Of a DNA stretch of 64,000 bases, positions 12,971 through 26,478 are shown in pieces. The stretch covers positions 31,248,001 through 31,312,000 of the forward strand of contig OX597842.1 of assembly GCA_951406725.2 (NCBI GenBank), in the 5' to 3' direction. Each line of letters starts with the position of its first letter. The first letter of the stretch is position 1. The notes under the pieces are model-generated. The model saw nothing but the letters and a program-made list of their open reading frames with translations. It was not told the origin of the DNA and did not search any database. This stretch comes from Octopus vulgaris. Its lineage: Eukaryota. The translations under genes were made by a program, and so were the position numbers.

Positions 12971-12999
12971 TATATATATATATATTTGAAATACAGGTC

Positions 13000-13141
13000 C
13001 AACTCATTTTTGCCAGCTGAGTGGACTGGAGCAATGTGAAATAAAGTGTCTTGCTCAAGGACGCAACACATCGCTAGGATTTGAACTTCCGACCTTACGA
13101 TCCTGAGCCAAATGCCCTAACCACTAAGCCATGTGCCTTCA
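13000..13141 (-). mobile_element. SINE family D, 5' part
   Basis: Reverse complement gaaggcacatggcttagtggttaggg...ttcaaatcc...gtccttgagcaagacactt. Confidence 0.7.
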
Positions 13142-13170
13142 CCATATATATATATACATATATATATATA

Positions 13171-13385
13171 AGTAAGTATTTCATTTATGTCTTACATATT
13201 TATCGCTGAGGAGGCGAAAATTCTTATGAATTAACCCCGAAATTGGGACCAACACGGTAATAATGGATTTTTTAGAGATTTCTATCGGTTTGTTTTGAGA
13301 CGCATAAATTATAATGGTTATTGACAATTTTGTCTTTTTTTCGGCATATTTGGCATTAGAATTTTTCTTTTGCCCTTATTTTATG
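13171..13385 (+). mobile_element. Penelope-like pLTR fragment carrying a hammerhead motif (13200-13260)
   Basis: ttatcg-CTGAGGA-ggcg...cccc-GAAA-ttgg ga ccaa-ca-cggtaa; a homologous copy lies at ~51240-51455 on the minus strand. Confidence 0.65.
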
Positions 13386-13399
13386 AAAGAGTACAACAG

Positions 13400-13545
13400 G
13401 GGTCACCACCACTCCCTGCCAGAGCCTCGTGGAGCTTTTAGATGTTTTCGTTCAATAAACACACACAACGCCCGGTCTGGAAATTGAAACCACAATCCTC
13501 CAACTGCGAGTCTGCTGCCTTAACCACTGGGCCATTGCGTCTCCA
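13400..13545 (-). mobile_element. SINE family B, 5' part
   Basis: Reverse complement tggagacgcaatggcccagtggttaaggcagcagactcgc...ccagaccgggcgttg. Confidence 0.8.
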
Positions 13546-13596
13546 ACATAAATGTATATATATATATATATAATTTTCTCCTATTCTTTTATTTTG

Positions 13597-13627
<31 letters not shown>

Positions 13628-13631
<4 letters not shown>

Positions 13632-14031
13632 GCAGGAGTGGCTGTGTGGTAAGTAGCTTGCTTACCAACCACATGGTTCCGGGTTCAGTCCCACTGCGTG
13701 GCATCTTGGGCAAGTGTCTTCTACTATAGCCCCGGGCCGATCAATGCATTGTGAGTGGATTTGGTAGACGGAAACTGAAAGAAGCCTGTCGTATATATAT
13801 ATGTATGTATGTATGTATGTGTGTGTGTCTGTGTTTGTCCCCCTAGCATTGCTTGACAACCGATGCTGGTGTGTTTACGTCCCCGTCACTTAGCGGTTCG
13901 GCAAAAAGAGACCGATAGAATAAGTACTGGGCTTCCAAAAAAGAATAAGTCCCGGGGTCGAGTTGCTCGATTAAAGGCAGTGCTCCAGCATGGCCACAGT
14001 CAAATGACTGAAACAAGTAAAAGAGTAAAAG
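13628..14031 (+). mobile_element. SINE family A, full length
   Basis: Head, microsatellite and tail all present. Confidence 0.92.
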
Positions 14032-14068
<37 letters not shown>

Positions 14069-14186
14069 TATATACACATATATATATATATACACTCATC
14101 CACACATATACACATTCAGGAATGTTGAAAGAGAGAGAAAAGACAATATTTTAAAGCATTTTTCTTGTCTTATTTGCATCATTCTA

Positions 14187-14703
14187 TCTCTCTACTGTTT
14201 TCCCACTGCCCCTCTACTGTGCCTCCGCTGCCCTTCCATTTCATCCACCCATGTCTTTTCATTGGATGTCCTGTGTCCTTCCGCTGCATCTCTACTCTCC
14301 TTCCGCTGCGTCTCTACTGCACCCCTATTGTACCTCCATTGTATCTCTCTACTGTAGCTCCACTGTCTCTCTACTGTTTTCCCACTGCCCCTCTACTGTG
14401 ACTCCGCTGCCCTTCCATTTCATTCACCCTTGTCTTTTCATTGGATGTCCTGTGTCCTTCCGCTGCATCTGTACTCTCCTTCCGCTGCGTCTCTACTGCA
14501 CCCCTATTGTACCTCCATTGTATCTCTCTACTGTGGCTCCACTGTCTCTCTACTGTTTTCCCACTGCCCCTCTACTGTGTCTCCGCTGCCCTTCCATTTC
14601 ATTCACCCATCTTTTCATTGGATGTCCTGTGTCCTTCCGCTGCATCTCTACTCTCCTTCCGCTGCGTCTCTACTGCACCCCTACTGTACCTCCATTGTAT
14701 CTC
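14187..14703. repeat. 179-bp pyrimidine-rich tandem repeat (~2.9 copies)
   Basis: Unit starts tctctctactgttttcccactgcccc at 14187, 14366 and 14545. Confidence 0.93.
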
Positions 14704-15099
14704 TTTCTCTCTCTCTCTGTCTGTTCTATTTCAAAAATGGGCGCCACTCAGGGCTACACCATACACAAACCACTTCCGGTTGCCGGAAGCTTTAATCCAT
14801 GGTGCTCCGCCCCACCTGGCAATGGCAGTGGAGTGCTTGGCTCCCACTCCCCCTGCCCACCACCTGCCCACCCCCTCCCATTTCACTATCTGCCTCTCTG
14901 TCTGTCTGCCTGTCTGCCTGTCTTCCTGCCTGACGAAGAAGCTGTGGCTGTACTTGTGTGTGTGTATATACGTGTGTTTGTGTGTGTGTATGTGTGTGTG
15001 TAAGCATACATTACGTCTGTATGTATGTGTGTGCCTGTGTGTGTGTGCATTGATATATATGCATATAGATATATGTATATAGATATATACATATGTATA

Positions 15100-15139
<40 letters not shown>

Positions 15140-15213
15140 TGTGTTTGTCTAAATGTATATATGTATGTATGTATATATATGTATATATGTATGTATGTGT
15201 GTACATATATATG

Positions 15214-15277
<64 letters not shown>

Positions 15278-15949
15278 CACATATATATATATATGTGTAT
15301 ATATGTGTGTACATATATATGTATGTATATATATATGTGTATGTGTATATATGTGTGTACATATATATGTATGTATATATATATGTGTGTGTGTATATAT
15401 GTGTATATATATATATATGTGTATATATATGTATGTGTGTGTATATATATATGTATATATACATGTGTATGTATATGTTTGCTTGTGTATTTATTAATGT
15501 TTCAACATATTTGGTTATTTGTGATGCGCTCTGCTCAGTTTTACCTTCACCACCACCACAACCACCCTCACAACCATTGTTACTACCACCACCACCACCA
15601 ATACCACCTTCACTGCCAAGCACAACTACCAGCAACCATCACTACTACCACTACCATCATCATCATCATCAGCATCACTAAAACGCACAGAGAGAGGTCA
15701 CAGTTTTTTGCTCTGATGACCTTGCTAGAAATAGTAACTAAATCACCCACAACTCAGCCTTCTGAAATGTAGCAGGACACGTACAATAATGTAATCTGAG
15801 ATAAACGACGCCTGAGAATATGGCTGGATGGTCACCTCCGGAATGTACTTCATCAGAAACTGCATCATCACCACCATCATCATCTTCATCATGTGAGCTG
15901 CAAGATGCAGGAGGAAAGAGTGAGAGAAAGTTGTGGCAAAAGAGTCAGC

Positions 15950-16095
15950 AGAAGTTCACCATCGCCTTCTGCCGGAGCCACGTGGAGATTAGGTTCTTTC
16001 ACTCATAAACACACACATCGCCTGGTCTGAGATTTGAACCTGTGATCTCTCGACTGCGAGTCCGCTGCCCTAACCACTTGGCCATGTGCCTCCAC
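15950..16095 (-). mobile_element. SINE family B, diverged 5' part
   Basis: Reverse complement tggaggcacatggccaagtggttagggcagcggactcgc... Confidence 0.7.
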
Positions 16096-16145
16096 TGCGG
16101 GTGTATATCCAAAGTTTAAATAGTTATTTATATAAACATATACAT

Positions 16146-16470
16146 GTTAGTTAGTTAGTTAGTTAATTTTTGGCTCAAAAAGCAAAAAGCAAGGCCATGT
16201 AGGGGGACATGGAGTTATGTACAGGGTGGTGTTCTTGTAAAGAGTTCAGGCCACTTGTGGTCAAGGGAGACTTTGAACCGAGCGGTCGTTGGCATCTTCA
16301 CCATCTCGTCCGGCAGCTTATTCCACGGATCTGCAACCCGGACGGAGAAAGCCCCTCTCCTTCGATTGAGATGAAATTGTCGCAGATAGAGCTTTTCGGA
16401 ATGACCCCGCAGCCGACGCTCTGGAGCAGGAGTGAAGAACAGCTCTTTCGAGAGGTTACACTTTCCACTT
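16146..16470 (-). mobile_element. CR1-type LINE 3' end with (TAAC)n tail
   Basis: Minus frame reads SGKCNLSKELFFTPAPERRLRGHSEKLYLRQFHLNRRRGAFSVRVADPWNKLPDEMV...FKVSLD; the RGH and FS.RV...WN.LP motifs are typical of CR1 ORF2. Confidence 0.88.
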
Positions 16471-16931
16471 CATACATATGTATGAAGAGGCACCCAAAAG
16501 TAACTGGAAATGTTCTCTTTATAGTTCTGGCTTCCACTACAAGAAGCCACTTGATGTGATCCTCAGGCATAAGCGAAGTGATCGTGCCATGTGGTGCCTC
16601 TTTGTTTTGCAGTGTTTCGTCCCTGTTCATTAATTTTTGCATTGGCTCAAACAAAGGAACAGCATTCTTTCTTGACATTCTGTTTTCTGTTGGGGAAAAT
16701 GACAGCCAAGACAATTGTCATGCTTCAGACATCATACAACAGTGGTTCTAAACTGGGAGTCCATATGGCCCCAGAGGGGCCATATAAGATTTCTGGGGGT
16801 CCATGCTACAAGTTGATAAATTGGGATCCACAATTGTAATTTAAGGGCCCCTGAAAAAAAATTTGCTTTAGGTGTTTGTATTGGTCTGTATCACAAGAAA
16901 TGGCTGGGTTTCTTTCTCTAACATTTTATAA

Positions 16932-17461
16932 TATAATAATAATAATGAAATTATTGTATACAGTGCTCAGGTGCACCACAACTTGTCAGAAAGTGCATAT
17001 AAAGTATATGCAGTAATGTACAAATGTCTGGAAAGCGAACAGTGTATGAGTCGGATACATGCTTGTGTGTGTATGGAGGGGAGAAAATCAAGTGTAGTGT
17101 TGGCGAATCTAAGGAAGCATGGAAGTTTTCAAGGATGCAGTGCTCCGACAACTAACAACTGATGCCGGCAGTTTGTTCCATGCTTCAGCAACTCTCAGCG
17201 TGGAAAAATGTTTCCGAAAGTCATGGGAGCTGTGCTGTTTTCTGACTTTGTAAATATGTCCACGAGTGTTAGACAGGTGGAGTTTGAAAAGGTGCTCAGA
17301 GTTATTGTTTGTGCGATGGTTGATAATTTTATGGGTGTCTGCCAAGTCAGCTGCCAGACGTCAGAGTTTCAATGTGTCCATGCCCAGGGAAGTAAGGCGT
17401 TCAGGATATGTCAAATGCCTGATGGAGGGTATTCTTTTGGTTGCACGTCGCTGAACGGCTA
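16932..17461 (-). mobile_element. CR1-type LINE 3' end with (TTA)n tail
   Basis: QRRATKRIPSIRHLTYPERL...TRGHIYKVRKQ...FSTLRVAEAWNKLPASVV. Confidence 0.9.
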
Positions 17462-17792
17462 CATTGTTCAACCAACACAAGTTAATGTGGGGGAAAAAAT
17501 AGGAATTTGGAAAGAATTTTCTATAAAACTAATTTTTAAACAGCAAATGGCTATTGGTGTTCACCAGAATAAAATAGTAATCAAAGGGGGTCCTTCTAAG
17601 CGAAATAGTAAACTGGGCATCCATAATAGAAATTTAAGGGCCTCTGAAAAAATTCTGCTTTAGATGTTTGTATTGGTCTGTATTACAAGAAATATGTTTC
17701 TTTCTCTAACATTTTACAATGTTCGACCGACACAAGTTAATGAGGGAAAAACAAAATTTTTGGAAAGAAGTTTCTATAAAACTAGTTTTTAA

Positions 17793-17968
17793 CGCTTTAG
17801 TGTTCAGATTACTCTGTTAAACGTAATATTTTTTTACTCAAATTGTTTTTAATTAATCATGCATTATCTTATAGCTTTGAGGTTTCAATGATGTGATTGT
17901 TTATTTTAAGAATGTCAATGTAGGTTAGGTGTGAGAGGCCTGATCTGGTCAGTTTAAACACTAAAGGG
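17793..17968. mobile_element. piggyBac-like MITE
   Basis: TTAA on both sides; ends cgctttagtgtt / aacactaaaggg; further copies at 52.2-54.9 kb. Confidence 0.75.
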
Positions 17969-18260
17969 TTAAAGATCGAATGGCTGCAGGGGTCCGCCAG
18001 ATTGAAATAGTAATCGAAGGGGTCCATGGATAAAAAGTGGTTGAGTATCCCTGGCTTATAAAGATGCTGCAACTTTATGAGTGGTTTCCATGCTTTGGGA
18101 ATGGTCACTGGTTGCCTGAAGGCCAACCCCGTTCAGGGCATCTGTTGACCTCCTGAACAAATGAAAACATCATGAAAGTTCATGAACTGGTCTTGGAGGA
18201 CCATCACTTGGAGGACCATCACTGGTGGGTCCTGGGGCTCTTGCCAAGGAATTTTGAACA

Positions 18261-18853
18261 AGGCACAGGAGTGGCTGTGTGGTAAGTAGCTTGCTAACCA
18301 ACCACATGGTTCTGGGTTCAGTCCCACTGCGTGGCACCTTGGACAAGTGTCTTCTACTATAGCTCTGGGCCAACCAATGCCTTGTGAGTGGATTTGGTAG
18401 ACGGAAACTGAAAGAAGCCTGTCGTATATATGTATATATATATATATATATATAGGTGCAGGAGTGGCTGTGTGGTAAGTAGATTGCTTACCAACCACAT
18501 GGTTCCGGGTTCAGTCCCACTGTGTGGCACCTTGGGCAAGTGTCTTCTACTATAGCCTCGAGCCGACCAAAGCCTTGTGAGTGGATTTGGTAGATGGAAA
18601 CTGAAAGAAGCCCGTCGTATATATGTATATATATATGCGTGTGTGTGTTTGTGTGAGTGTGTTTGTCCCCCCAACATCGCTTGACAACCGATGCTGGTGT
18701 GTTTATGTCCCCGTTACTTAGCGGTTGGGCAAAAGAGACCGATAGAATAAGTACTGGGCTTACAAAAGAATAAGTCCCAGGGTCGAGTTGCTCGATCAAA
18801 GGCGGTGCTCCAGCATGGCCACAGTCAAATGACTGAAACAAGTAAAAGAGTAA
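18261..18853 (+). mobile_element. SINE family A: head-only copy followed by a full copy
   Basis: Head at 18261-18426, then (TA)n, then a full element at 18454-18853. Confidence 0.9.
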
Positions 18854-18964
18854 CGAGTGATGGTGGTGGTTCGATTCATTCTTTCGACGAACACTTTTCA
18901 AGGGTGGTGCCCCAGCATGGCCACAGTCAAATATAAGTATAAAAAACAAGTATAAAAAAAAAAT

Positions 18965-19350
18965 TTTTTGAAAAAAAGGAATTACGAATGAAAATAGTTT
19001 CAGAAAACTTTGTGTCTCGCTTGCTCACGGAAGATCCAAAGCATTCACGACGGAAAGAACAGTCGGAAGTTGATCCAGACATTTTTTTCGATGGTCATCT
19101 TTGGTAACGAAAACCGATGCTACAGAATTTGCAGATATGGAAGAGGTGAAGGAAAAACAAAAAGACAACAACAGAGGCATTAAATGGTATCACTTTGCAG
19201 AAGTTGCAGCAGCAAAGCATTTCTCTGGACTAAAGTATTTCTTGAAACGGAGAATACTTTGAAGGTGATAAAAGTGTAAACATGTAAAACTAGCAGAATA
19301 AAATAATATTGCAAAATTCTGGTTTCTTTTGGGTCCCCTTCCCTCCCCTC

Positions 19351-19352
<2 letters not shown>
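18965..19352 (+). mobile_element. internally deleted mariner remnant
   Basis: KKELRMKIVSENFVSRLLTEDPK resembles the mariner linker; C-terminal GEYFEGDK; TIR-like aaaattctggtttctttgggtcccc before TA. Confidence 0.6.
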
Positions 19353-19390
<38 letters not shown>

Positions 19391-19775
19391 ATATGTATAT
19401 GTGTGTATGTATATGTGTGTGTGTGTGTATATGTATATGTGTACATGTATGTGTGTGTATATGTATGTGTGTATATGTATATGTGTGTATGTTTATGTGT
19501 GTATGTGTATATGTATATATGCATATGTATATGTATATGTATATATGCATATGTATATATGCATATGTGTATATGTATATGTGTATATGTATATGTGTAT
19601 ATGTATATGTGTATATGTATATGTGTATATGTATATGTGTATGTGTATATGTGTATGTATATATATATATATATATGTAGATATATTTATATATGTAGAT
19701 ATATATATATATGAAGATATACATATATATATATATATGTATATATGTGTGTGTGTATATATATACACACACATG
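19350..19775. repeat. (TA)n/(TGTA)/(TATGTG) compound microsatellite
   Basis: Direct observation. Confidence 0.9.
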
Positions 19776-20299
19776 CCCATCCCTTAGAGCAAGGAATATT
19801 GCTGGCAGTCCTTTTGTTAATGTAATATGAAAGTGCAGATAGTGTATCGCCATATATGTATGTGGAAATGCATGTGTGTGGGTGTATGAGTAGGAGAATG
19901 TGTGTGTGTGTGTGGTGGGGTTTCTGTGTGTGTATGTGTGTGAATGTGTGTGTGCGTTCTCTCCAGGGATAGAGATAGATAGCTAGATAGACGTACATAT
20001 GTTTCTATATATCTGATTATGTGTAGGTGTGTGTATGGGAGGGAGGGAGAGAGAGTGGGGTGGGGTACATGTGTTTATTGTAAGACAGGAAAACGAAGAA
20101 AGAAAAGGATAAGAGAGAGAGAGAGGGGAGAGAGAGAGAGAATGTGTGTGTGTGTGTGTGTAAGTGTTCCCTCCAGGGATAGACATGGATAGAGATACTT
20201 GTACATATAATTTCATATGTTTGTGTGTGTGTGTATGTGTGTGTGTGGAGATGAAAAAAAATTTAATGGAAATACTATACATATATAGATATATGCAGG

Positions 20300-21230
20300 T
20301 AGAAAGAATTAGACAGACAGGTAGAGATGGGAAAATAGAAAAATAGTGGGATGGATAGATAGAGGGGTAAGAGGATAGACAGGTAGACAGTTCTGTATGT
20401 AGGTAGAAGGATAGACAGACAGGTAGATAGATACATGGATAGATAGATAGACAGACAGACAGGTAGGTAGGTAGGTAGGTGGATAGATAGATGGATGGAT
20501 GGATAGATAGATAGACAGATAGATAGATAGATGGATAGATAGAGGGAGAGATGGATGGATAGGTAGGTAAGTAGATGGATGGATGGATAGATAGATAGAC
20601 AGACAGACAGGTAGGTAGGTAGGTGGATGGATAGATAGCTAGATAGATAGATAGATATACAGACAGATAGATAGAGGGATAGATAAACAGACAGACAGAT
20701 GGATAGATAGAGGGAGAGATGGATGGATAGGTAGGTAGGTGGATGGATGGATGGATAGATAGATAGATAGATAGATAGATAGTTAGATGGATAAACAGAT
20801 AGCTGGATAGATAGACAATTAAACAGACAGACAAATAGATAGATAGATAAACAGATAGATAGATAGATAGATAGGTGGATAGACAGACAGACAGATAGTT
20901 AAGTAGGTAGAGAAATAGACAGACAGATATATAGATAGAAACATAGATAGATAGACAGACAGACAAACAGATAGGCAGGTAGGTAGATAAACAGATAGAT
21001 AGGTGGATAGACACAGACAGATAGTTAAGTTGGCAGATAGACTGATATATAGATAGAAACAAAGATAGCCGGACAGACAGACAAATAGATAGGAATGTAC
21101 CTAGTTATGTGGCTAGATAGGTACATAGGTAGGTTGACCCACTGACAGACAGATAGCCAGAAGGATGGAAGGATGGACAGAAAGACAGATAGGTAGGAAT
21201 AAGTAGATAGTTGTATGAAAGAGAGAGAGA
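20300..21230. repeat. degenerate (AGAT/AGAC/AGGT/GGAT)n array
   Basis: Direct observation. Confidence 0.9.
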
Positions 21231-21690
21231 GAGTTAGGTGTGTGTGTGTGGTATTAGGTCTCCTTGGAAGCTGGTCTCGGAATAAATATCAGATGCTTTC
21301 CTACCCAAGTGGATTAAAAATACATACGGGTGGGGGTGGGGTGGCAGCAGGAAATCGAAGTAAGATGAGTGTGATTGCTAATGGCTGAGTGTGAGGGAGA
21401 GGGAGAAAGAGGGAGAGAGAGAGCAAGTGAGAGGGAGAGAGAGAAGGACAATCTCCCCATTTTCTCTCTCTCTCTCACAGACACTCACACATATACATAT
21501 ACATACAATATGTAATATATATGTATACACACACACATATATATACACACACACACATATACACACACACATATATACACACACACACATATACGCACAC
21601 ACACATATATGCACACACACATATATATACACACACATATGTATATATACACACACACATACACATATATACACACACACATATATATAT

Positions 21691-21721
<31 letters not shown>

Positions 21722-21875
21722 TATACATATATACACACATACACACACACATATATATCTACACACACATATATACACATATACACACACACATATACAC
21801 ACACATATACACACACACATATATACATATACACACACATAAGCATACAAATATTTGTGCCTTCATGTACGCATA

Positions 21876-21987
21876 CTGGGTGTCCCAAAAGTAATGCCCC
21901 ATTTTGAAAGCCCCAATCTCATTGATATGTTATTGATTTTTAACACTCAGGTTTTTGACAGTCGGGAATTACTTTTGGGACAAGCTG
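21876..21987. mobile_element. Tc1/mariner-type MITE (112 bp)
   Basis: TIRs CTGGGTGTCCCAAAAGTAAT / ATTACTTTTGGGACAAGCTG, with TA flanks. Confidence 0.8.
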
Positions 21988-22252
21988 TATATACATGTGG
22001 TCACACACACACACACACACACATGCATACACACATGGACGCACACACACAAACACGAACATATATACACACACTCGCTCACACCTGTATACACAGTCTC
22101 ACATACACATGCTAACTCACTCGCTCTCACACACACACACACACACATACTTTCACACATACACACTCGCACACACACATGCTCACTCACTCTCACATAC
22201 ACACAGCCACACACACACACAAACACATATACACAAACTCACACACACACAG

Positions 22253-22293
<41 letters not shown>

Positions 22294-22382
22294 AACTCAC
22301 ACACACTCACACATTCTCTCACACATACACACTCGCACACACATCCATGCTCACTCACTCTCTCACACATACACGCACACAG

Positions 22383-22418
<36 letters not shown>

Positions 22419-22819
22419 TTGCACCCACCCGCACGTGTCACTACTAAGAGTGCTCCACCACCTCAATGGTGCTTTGCTGCAGTGGTTAACATAGCAAATG
22501 CTGTTTGCGGCTGATTCAGGGTTCAAACCCTGCAGCTGACGTTCCAACTCCTTTCCCCCCTCCCTCCCTCTCTTCCTACTCTGTCGCCCCCTCCTGTCCT
22601 CTTCCCATCTCCACCTCCTCTGTCTCACCTCTTACCATTCCGCTCCTCCTGTCTCCTCCCCACTTCACCTCCCTCCACCTCTTCTGTCTCATCCTCTTCC
22701 CCTCTCCGTCTCTCCTCCTCTTTCCCCCCCTTCTTCCCCTTCCTCCTCTCCCCCTCTCTCCCCTTCCCCCTCTTCCTCTTCCCCTTCCTCCCCGTCCCCT
22801 TCCTCCCCTTGAGATTTTG

Positions 22820-23040
22820 CTTCTCAAGCATGTTATACCACCAAAATCTCAGTCCCTTCTCAATGAGGCCCAAAGTTTGAAGGGTACCTTTTACGTGCCA
22901 CCTGTATGGGTGCCAGTTCTGCAACACTGCATCAGCGATGGCTATGGTCTCACTTGGCCTGACAGATCTGCTCAAGCATGATATATCACCAGAGATCTTG
23001 GTCACTTGCCCTCGCGAGGCCCAAAGTTTGAAGGGTACCT
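22820..23040 (-). mobile_element. decayed RTE LINE ORF-end/3' UTR fragments
   Basis: Reverse-strand similarity to 6200-6310 (ttctcaagca...gaggcccaaagtttgaagg, present twice). Confidence 0.5.
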
Positions 23041-23042
23041 TT

Positions 23043-23206
23043 GCACAGGAGTGGCTGTGTGGTAAGTAGCTTGCTTACCAACCACATGGTTCCGGGTTCA
23101 GTCCCACTGCGTGACAACTTGGGCAAGTGTCTTCTACTATAGCCTTAGGCAAACCAAAGCCTTGTGAGTGGATTTGGTAGACGGAAACTGAAAGAAGCCT
23201 GTCGTA

Positions 23207-23248
<42 letters not shown>

Positions 23249-23466
23249 TGTGTATGTTTGTGTGTCTGTGTTTGTCCCCTAGCATTGCTTGACAACCAAT
23301 GTTGGTGTGTTTACGTCCCCGTCACTTAGCGTTTCGGCAAAAGAGACCGATAGAATGAGTACTGGGCTTACAAAAGAATAAGTTCCGGGGTCGAGTTGCT
23401 CGATTAAAGGTGGTGCTCCAGCATGGCCGCAGTCAAATGACTGAAACAAGTAAAAGAGTAACAGAG
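23043..23466 (+). mobile_element. SINE family A, full length
   Basis: Head, microsatellite and tail. Confidence 0.9.
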
Positions 23467-23684
23467 TATGCTGCCAGCACAGGTGCCGGTTACCAAAGCA
23501 CAGGCATTGGCCCACAACTACGATCTTACTTGGCTTTATTGGTTGCCACAAGCCAAAGGTTGTGGTCTCAGTCACTTGTCACTGCTTTCAGGAGGTCCAA
23601 CTTCCAAACACAGCTTTTTATGTGCCACCGGTGCCGGTTAGGAAACATTGGCATTGGCCACAGCTACGATCTCATTTAGCTTCG

Positions 23685-24071
23685 TGGAGGCACAATGGCC
23701 CAGTGGTTAGGGCAGTGGACTCGCGGTCGTAGGATCGCAGTTTCGATTCCCAGACCGGGCGTTGTGAGTGTTTATTGAGCGAAAACACCTAAAAGCTCCA
23801 CGAGGCTCCGGCAGGGGATGGTGGTGATCCCTGCTGTACTCTTTCACCACAACTTTCTCTCACTCTTTCTTCCTGTTTCTGTTGTACCTGTATTTCAAAG
23901 GGCCGGCTTTGTCACTCTCTGTGTCACACTGAATATCCCCGAGAACTACGTTAAGGGTACACGTGTCTGTGGAGTGCTCAGCCACTTACACGTTAATTTC
24001 ACGAGCAGGCTGTTCCGTTGATTCGGATCAACCGGAACCCTCGTCGTCGTAACCAACGGAGTGCTTCCACA
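23685..24071 (+). mobile_element. SINE family B, tail type 1
   Basis: tRNA-like head tggcccagtggttagggcag...gtttcgattccc; 3' end ...ccctcgtcgtcgtaaccaacggagtgc. Confidence 0.85.
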
Positions 24072-24659
24072 TTTAGCTTCATTGGTCTCTTCAAGCACAG
24101 TATATCGCCAAAGGTCTTGGGCATATACATTAATGATAACAAGTGATTGAAAATGAACTCAATACAGTATATAAGAGTATAGTTTCTTGAACTCTTACTA
24201 TTCACCTAACCGAACTGAATGAAACTGGAGCAATATGTGATACTTCTCTATTCAGACACCTGAGCTTTTTGTTGACCGACTTAGAGACAAGTGTGTGTGT
24301 GTGTTCTTCTCTCTACTGACCCTCTTCCTCTCACTCTTTCTGTTCTCTTCCTCTCCCCTCTCCTCTCTCTCTCTCTCTCTCCAAGAATGTCCTGAATGTG
24401 ACCTAGATAACTGATTCCCCAAACAGGCATCCAGAAGTTCAAGTGAGGCCAGCCTGTCTGAGGCGCAGGGGTGGTGGGGTGTTTGTTGTGAGGGGGAGGA
24501 TCGGACATGTAGGTGATGGTGGTGGTGGTGGTGGGGGGACAGTTGATAGATGAATGGGTTGTGTTGTTGTTGTTGTGATTGTTGTTGGTTGTGGTGGTGG
24601 TGGTGGTGGTGGTATCGATGACAAGGATTGTGTTGTTGTTAAGGCAGTGTTGGGGGGTG

Positions 24660-24695
24660 ACAGTGGTGGAGATGATGACAATGATGATGGTGATG

Positions 24696-24727
<32 letters not shown>

Positions 24728-24890
24728 GGTGATGATGGTAATGATGATGATGGTGATGATGATGATGATGATGATGGTAATGATGACGATGGTGATGATG
24801 ATGATGATGGTGATGATGGTAATGATGACGATGGTGATGATGATGATGATGGTGATGATGGTAATGATGATGATGATGATGATGACAATC
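24660..24890. repeat. (GAT/GGT)n trinucleotide repeat
   Basis: Direct observation. Confidence 0.95.
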
Positions 24891-25424
24891 TTGCTGACAC
24901 AGTGGTAGTGGTGGTGATACTGCTGCTGTGCTTGTTGGTGCCGGTTCTGTTGGCCATAGGTGGTGGTCATGGTAGGACTGTTGTGCTGTTATTGATGGTG
25001 TTGGTATCAGTGGTGGTGGACTGTTAATAATATTGTTGCCGGTAGTAGTAGTAGTAGTGGTGGTTGCGGTGGGGTTATAGTAGTAGCAGTGATGGTCATG
25101 GTAGGGTTGTGTTATTATAGATGGTAATGGTGGTGGTGAAGGTGGTGGTGCCCTCCCCCCACCTTAGTTATAAATGACAATTTCACCTCATCACAACCTC
25201 AATAGGGCCCTGAACTAGGTCAGGCATTTTCTCAAGAAGATAGCAGGGGTGGGAGGAGCACATCCCCTCTGACCTATGGGGGTGGGGAGTCATCCATGTT
25301 GTTGTTACTGTTGTAGATTAACCAGAAAGGAAATCTAAATAAACAATTTCTGAAAAATATACATTCCAGCTGTGACCATCCCATTTACATTTCTGGCATT
25401 TCCCACTGGCTTTGTCATTTTGAA

Positions 25425-26357
25425 GGAGATTTAGCTGCTATTTCTACTAGGTCTAGCTACCGTGCAGCCGGCTCCCTCATTGGCTCATACATACATATAT
25501 ATACATAGATAAGAGAGTAGGGTGTGATTTGGGGGGAGATTTGGCTGCTATTTCTAGCAGGTCTAGCTACCATGTAGAGGTCTCCCTCATTGGCTCATAC
25601 ATACATATATACATAGATAAGAGAGTAGGGTGTGATTTGAGGGAGATTTGGCTGCTATTTCTAGCAGGTCTAGCTACCATGTAGAGGTCTCCCTCATTGG
25701 CTCATACATACATATATACATAGATAAGAGAGTAGGGTGTGATATGAGGGAGATTTGGCTGCTATTTCTACCAGGTCTAGCTACCATGCAGAGGTCTCCC
25801 TCATTGGCTCATACATACATATATACATAGATAAGAGAGTAGGGTGTGATTTGAGGGAGATTTAGCAGCTATTTCTACCAGTTCTAGCTACCATGTAGAG
25901 GTCTCCTCATTGGCTCATACATACATATATACATAGATAAGAGAGTAGGGTGTGATTTGAGGGAGATTTAGCAGCTATTTCTACCAGTTCTAGCTACCAT
26001 GTAGAGGTCTCCTCATTGGCTCATACATACATATATACATAGATAAGAGAGTAGGGTGTGATTTGAGGGAGATTTAGCAGCTATTTCTACCAGTTCTAGC
26101 TACCATGTAGAGGTCTCCTCATTGGCTCATACATACATATATACATAGATAAGAGAGTAGGGTGTGATTTGAGGGAGATTTAGCAGCTATTTCTACCAGG
26201 TCTAGCTACCATGTAGAGGTCTCCTCATTGGCTCATACATACATATATACATAGATAAGAGAGTAGGGTGTGATTTGAGGGAGATTTGGCTGCTATTTTT
26301 ACCAGGTCTAGCTACCATGTAGAGGTCTCCCTCATTGGCTCATACATACATATATAC

Positions 26358-26410
<53 letters not shown>

Positions 26411-26478
26411 ACAGTAGGGTGTGATTTGAGGGAGATTTGGCTGCCATTTTTAGCATGTCTAGTTACCATGCTGAGGTC
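25425..26478. repeat. 106-107-bp minisatellite (~9.5 copies)
   Basis: The gtagggtgtga anchor recurs at 25517, 25625, 25732, 25839, 25945, 26051, 26157, 26263 and 26414. Confidence 0.96.

Larger units (their letters stand above)
16740..18053. mobile_element. old hAT-like non-autonomous element hosting nested insertions
   Basis: Ends CAGTGGTTCTAAAC and GGTTGAGTATCCCTG; internal duplication ~16840-16930 vs ~17630-17720; no clear TSD. Confidence 0.55.

Noticed and set aside
23685-23760. tRNA genes in SINE heads
   Set aside because: A/B boxes are present, but no complete cloverleaf is evident and the sequence continues into a SINE body.
25425-26478. CRISPR-like regular array
   Set aside because: Head-to-tail minisatellite without variable spacers.
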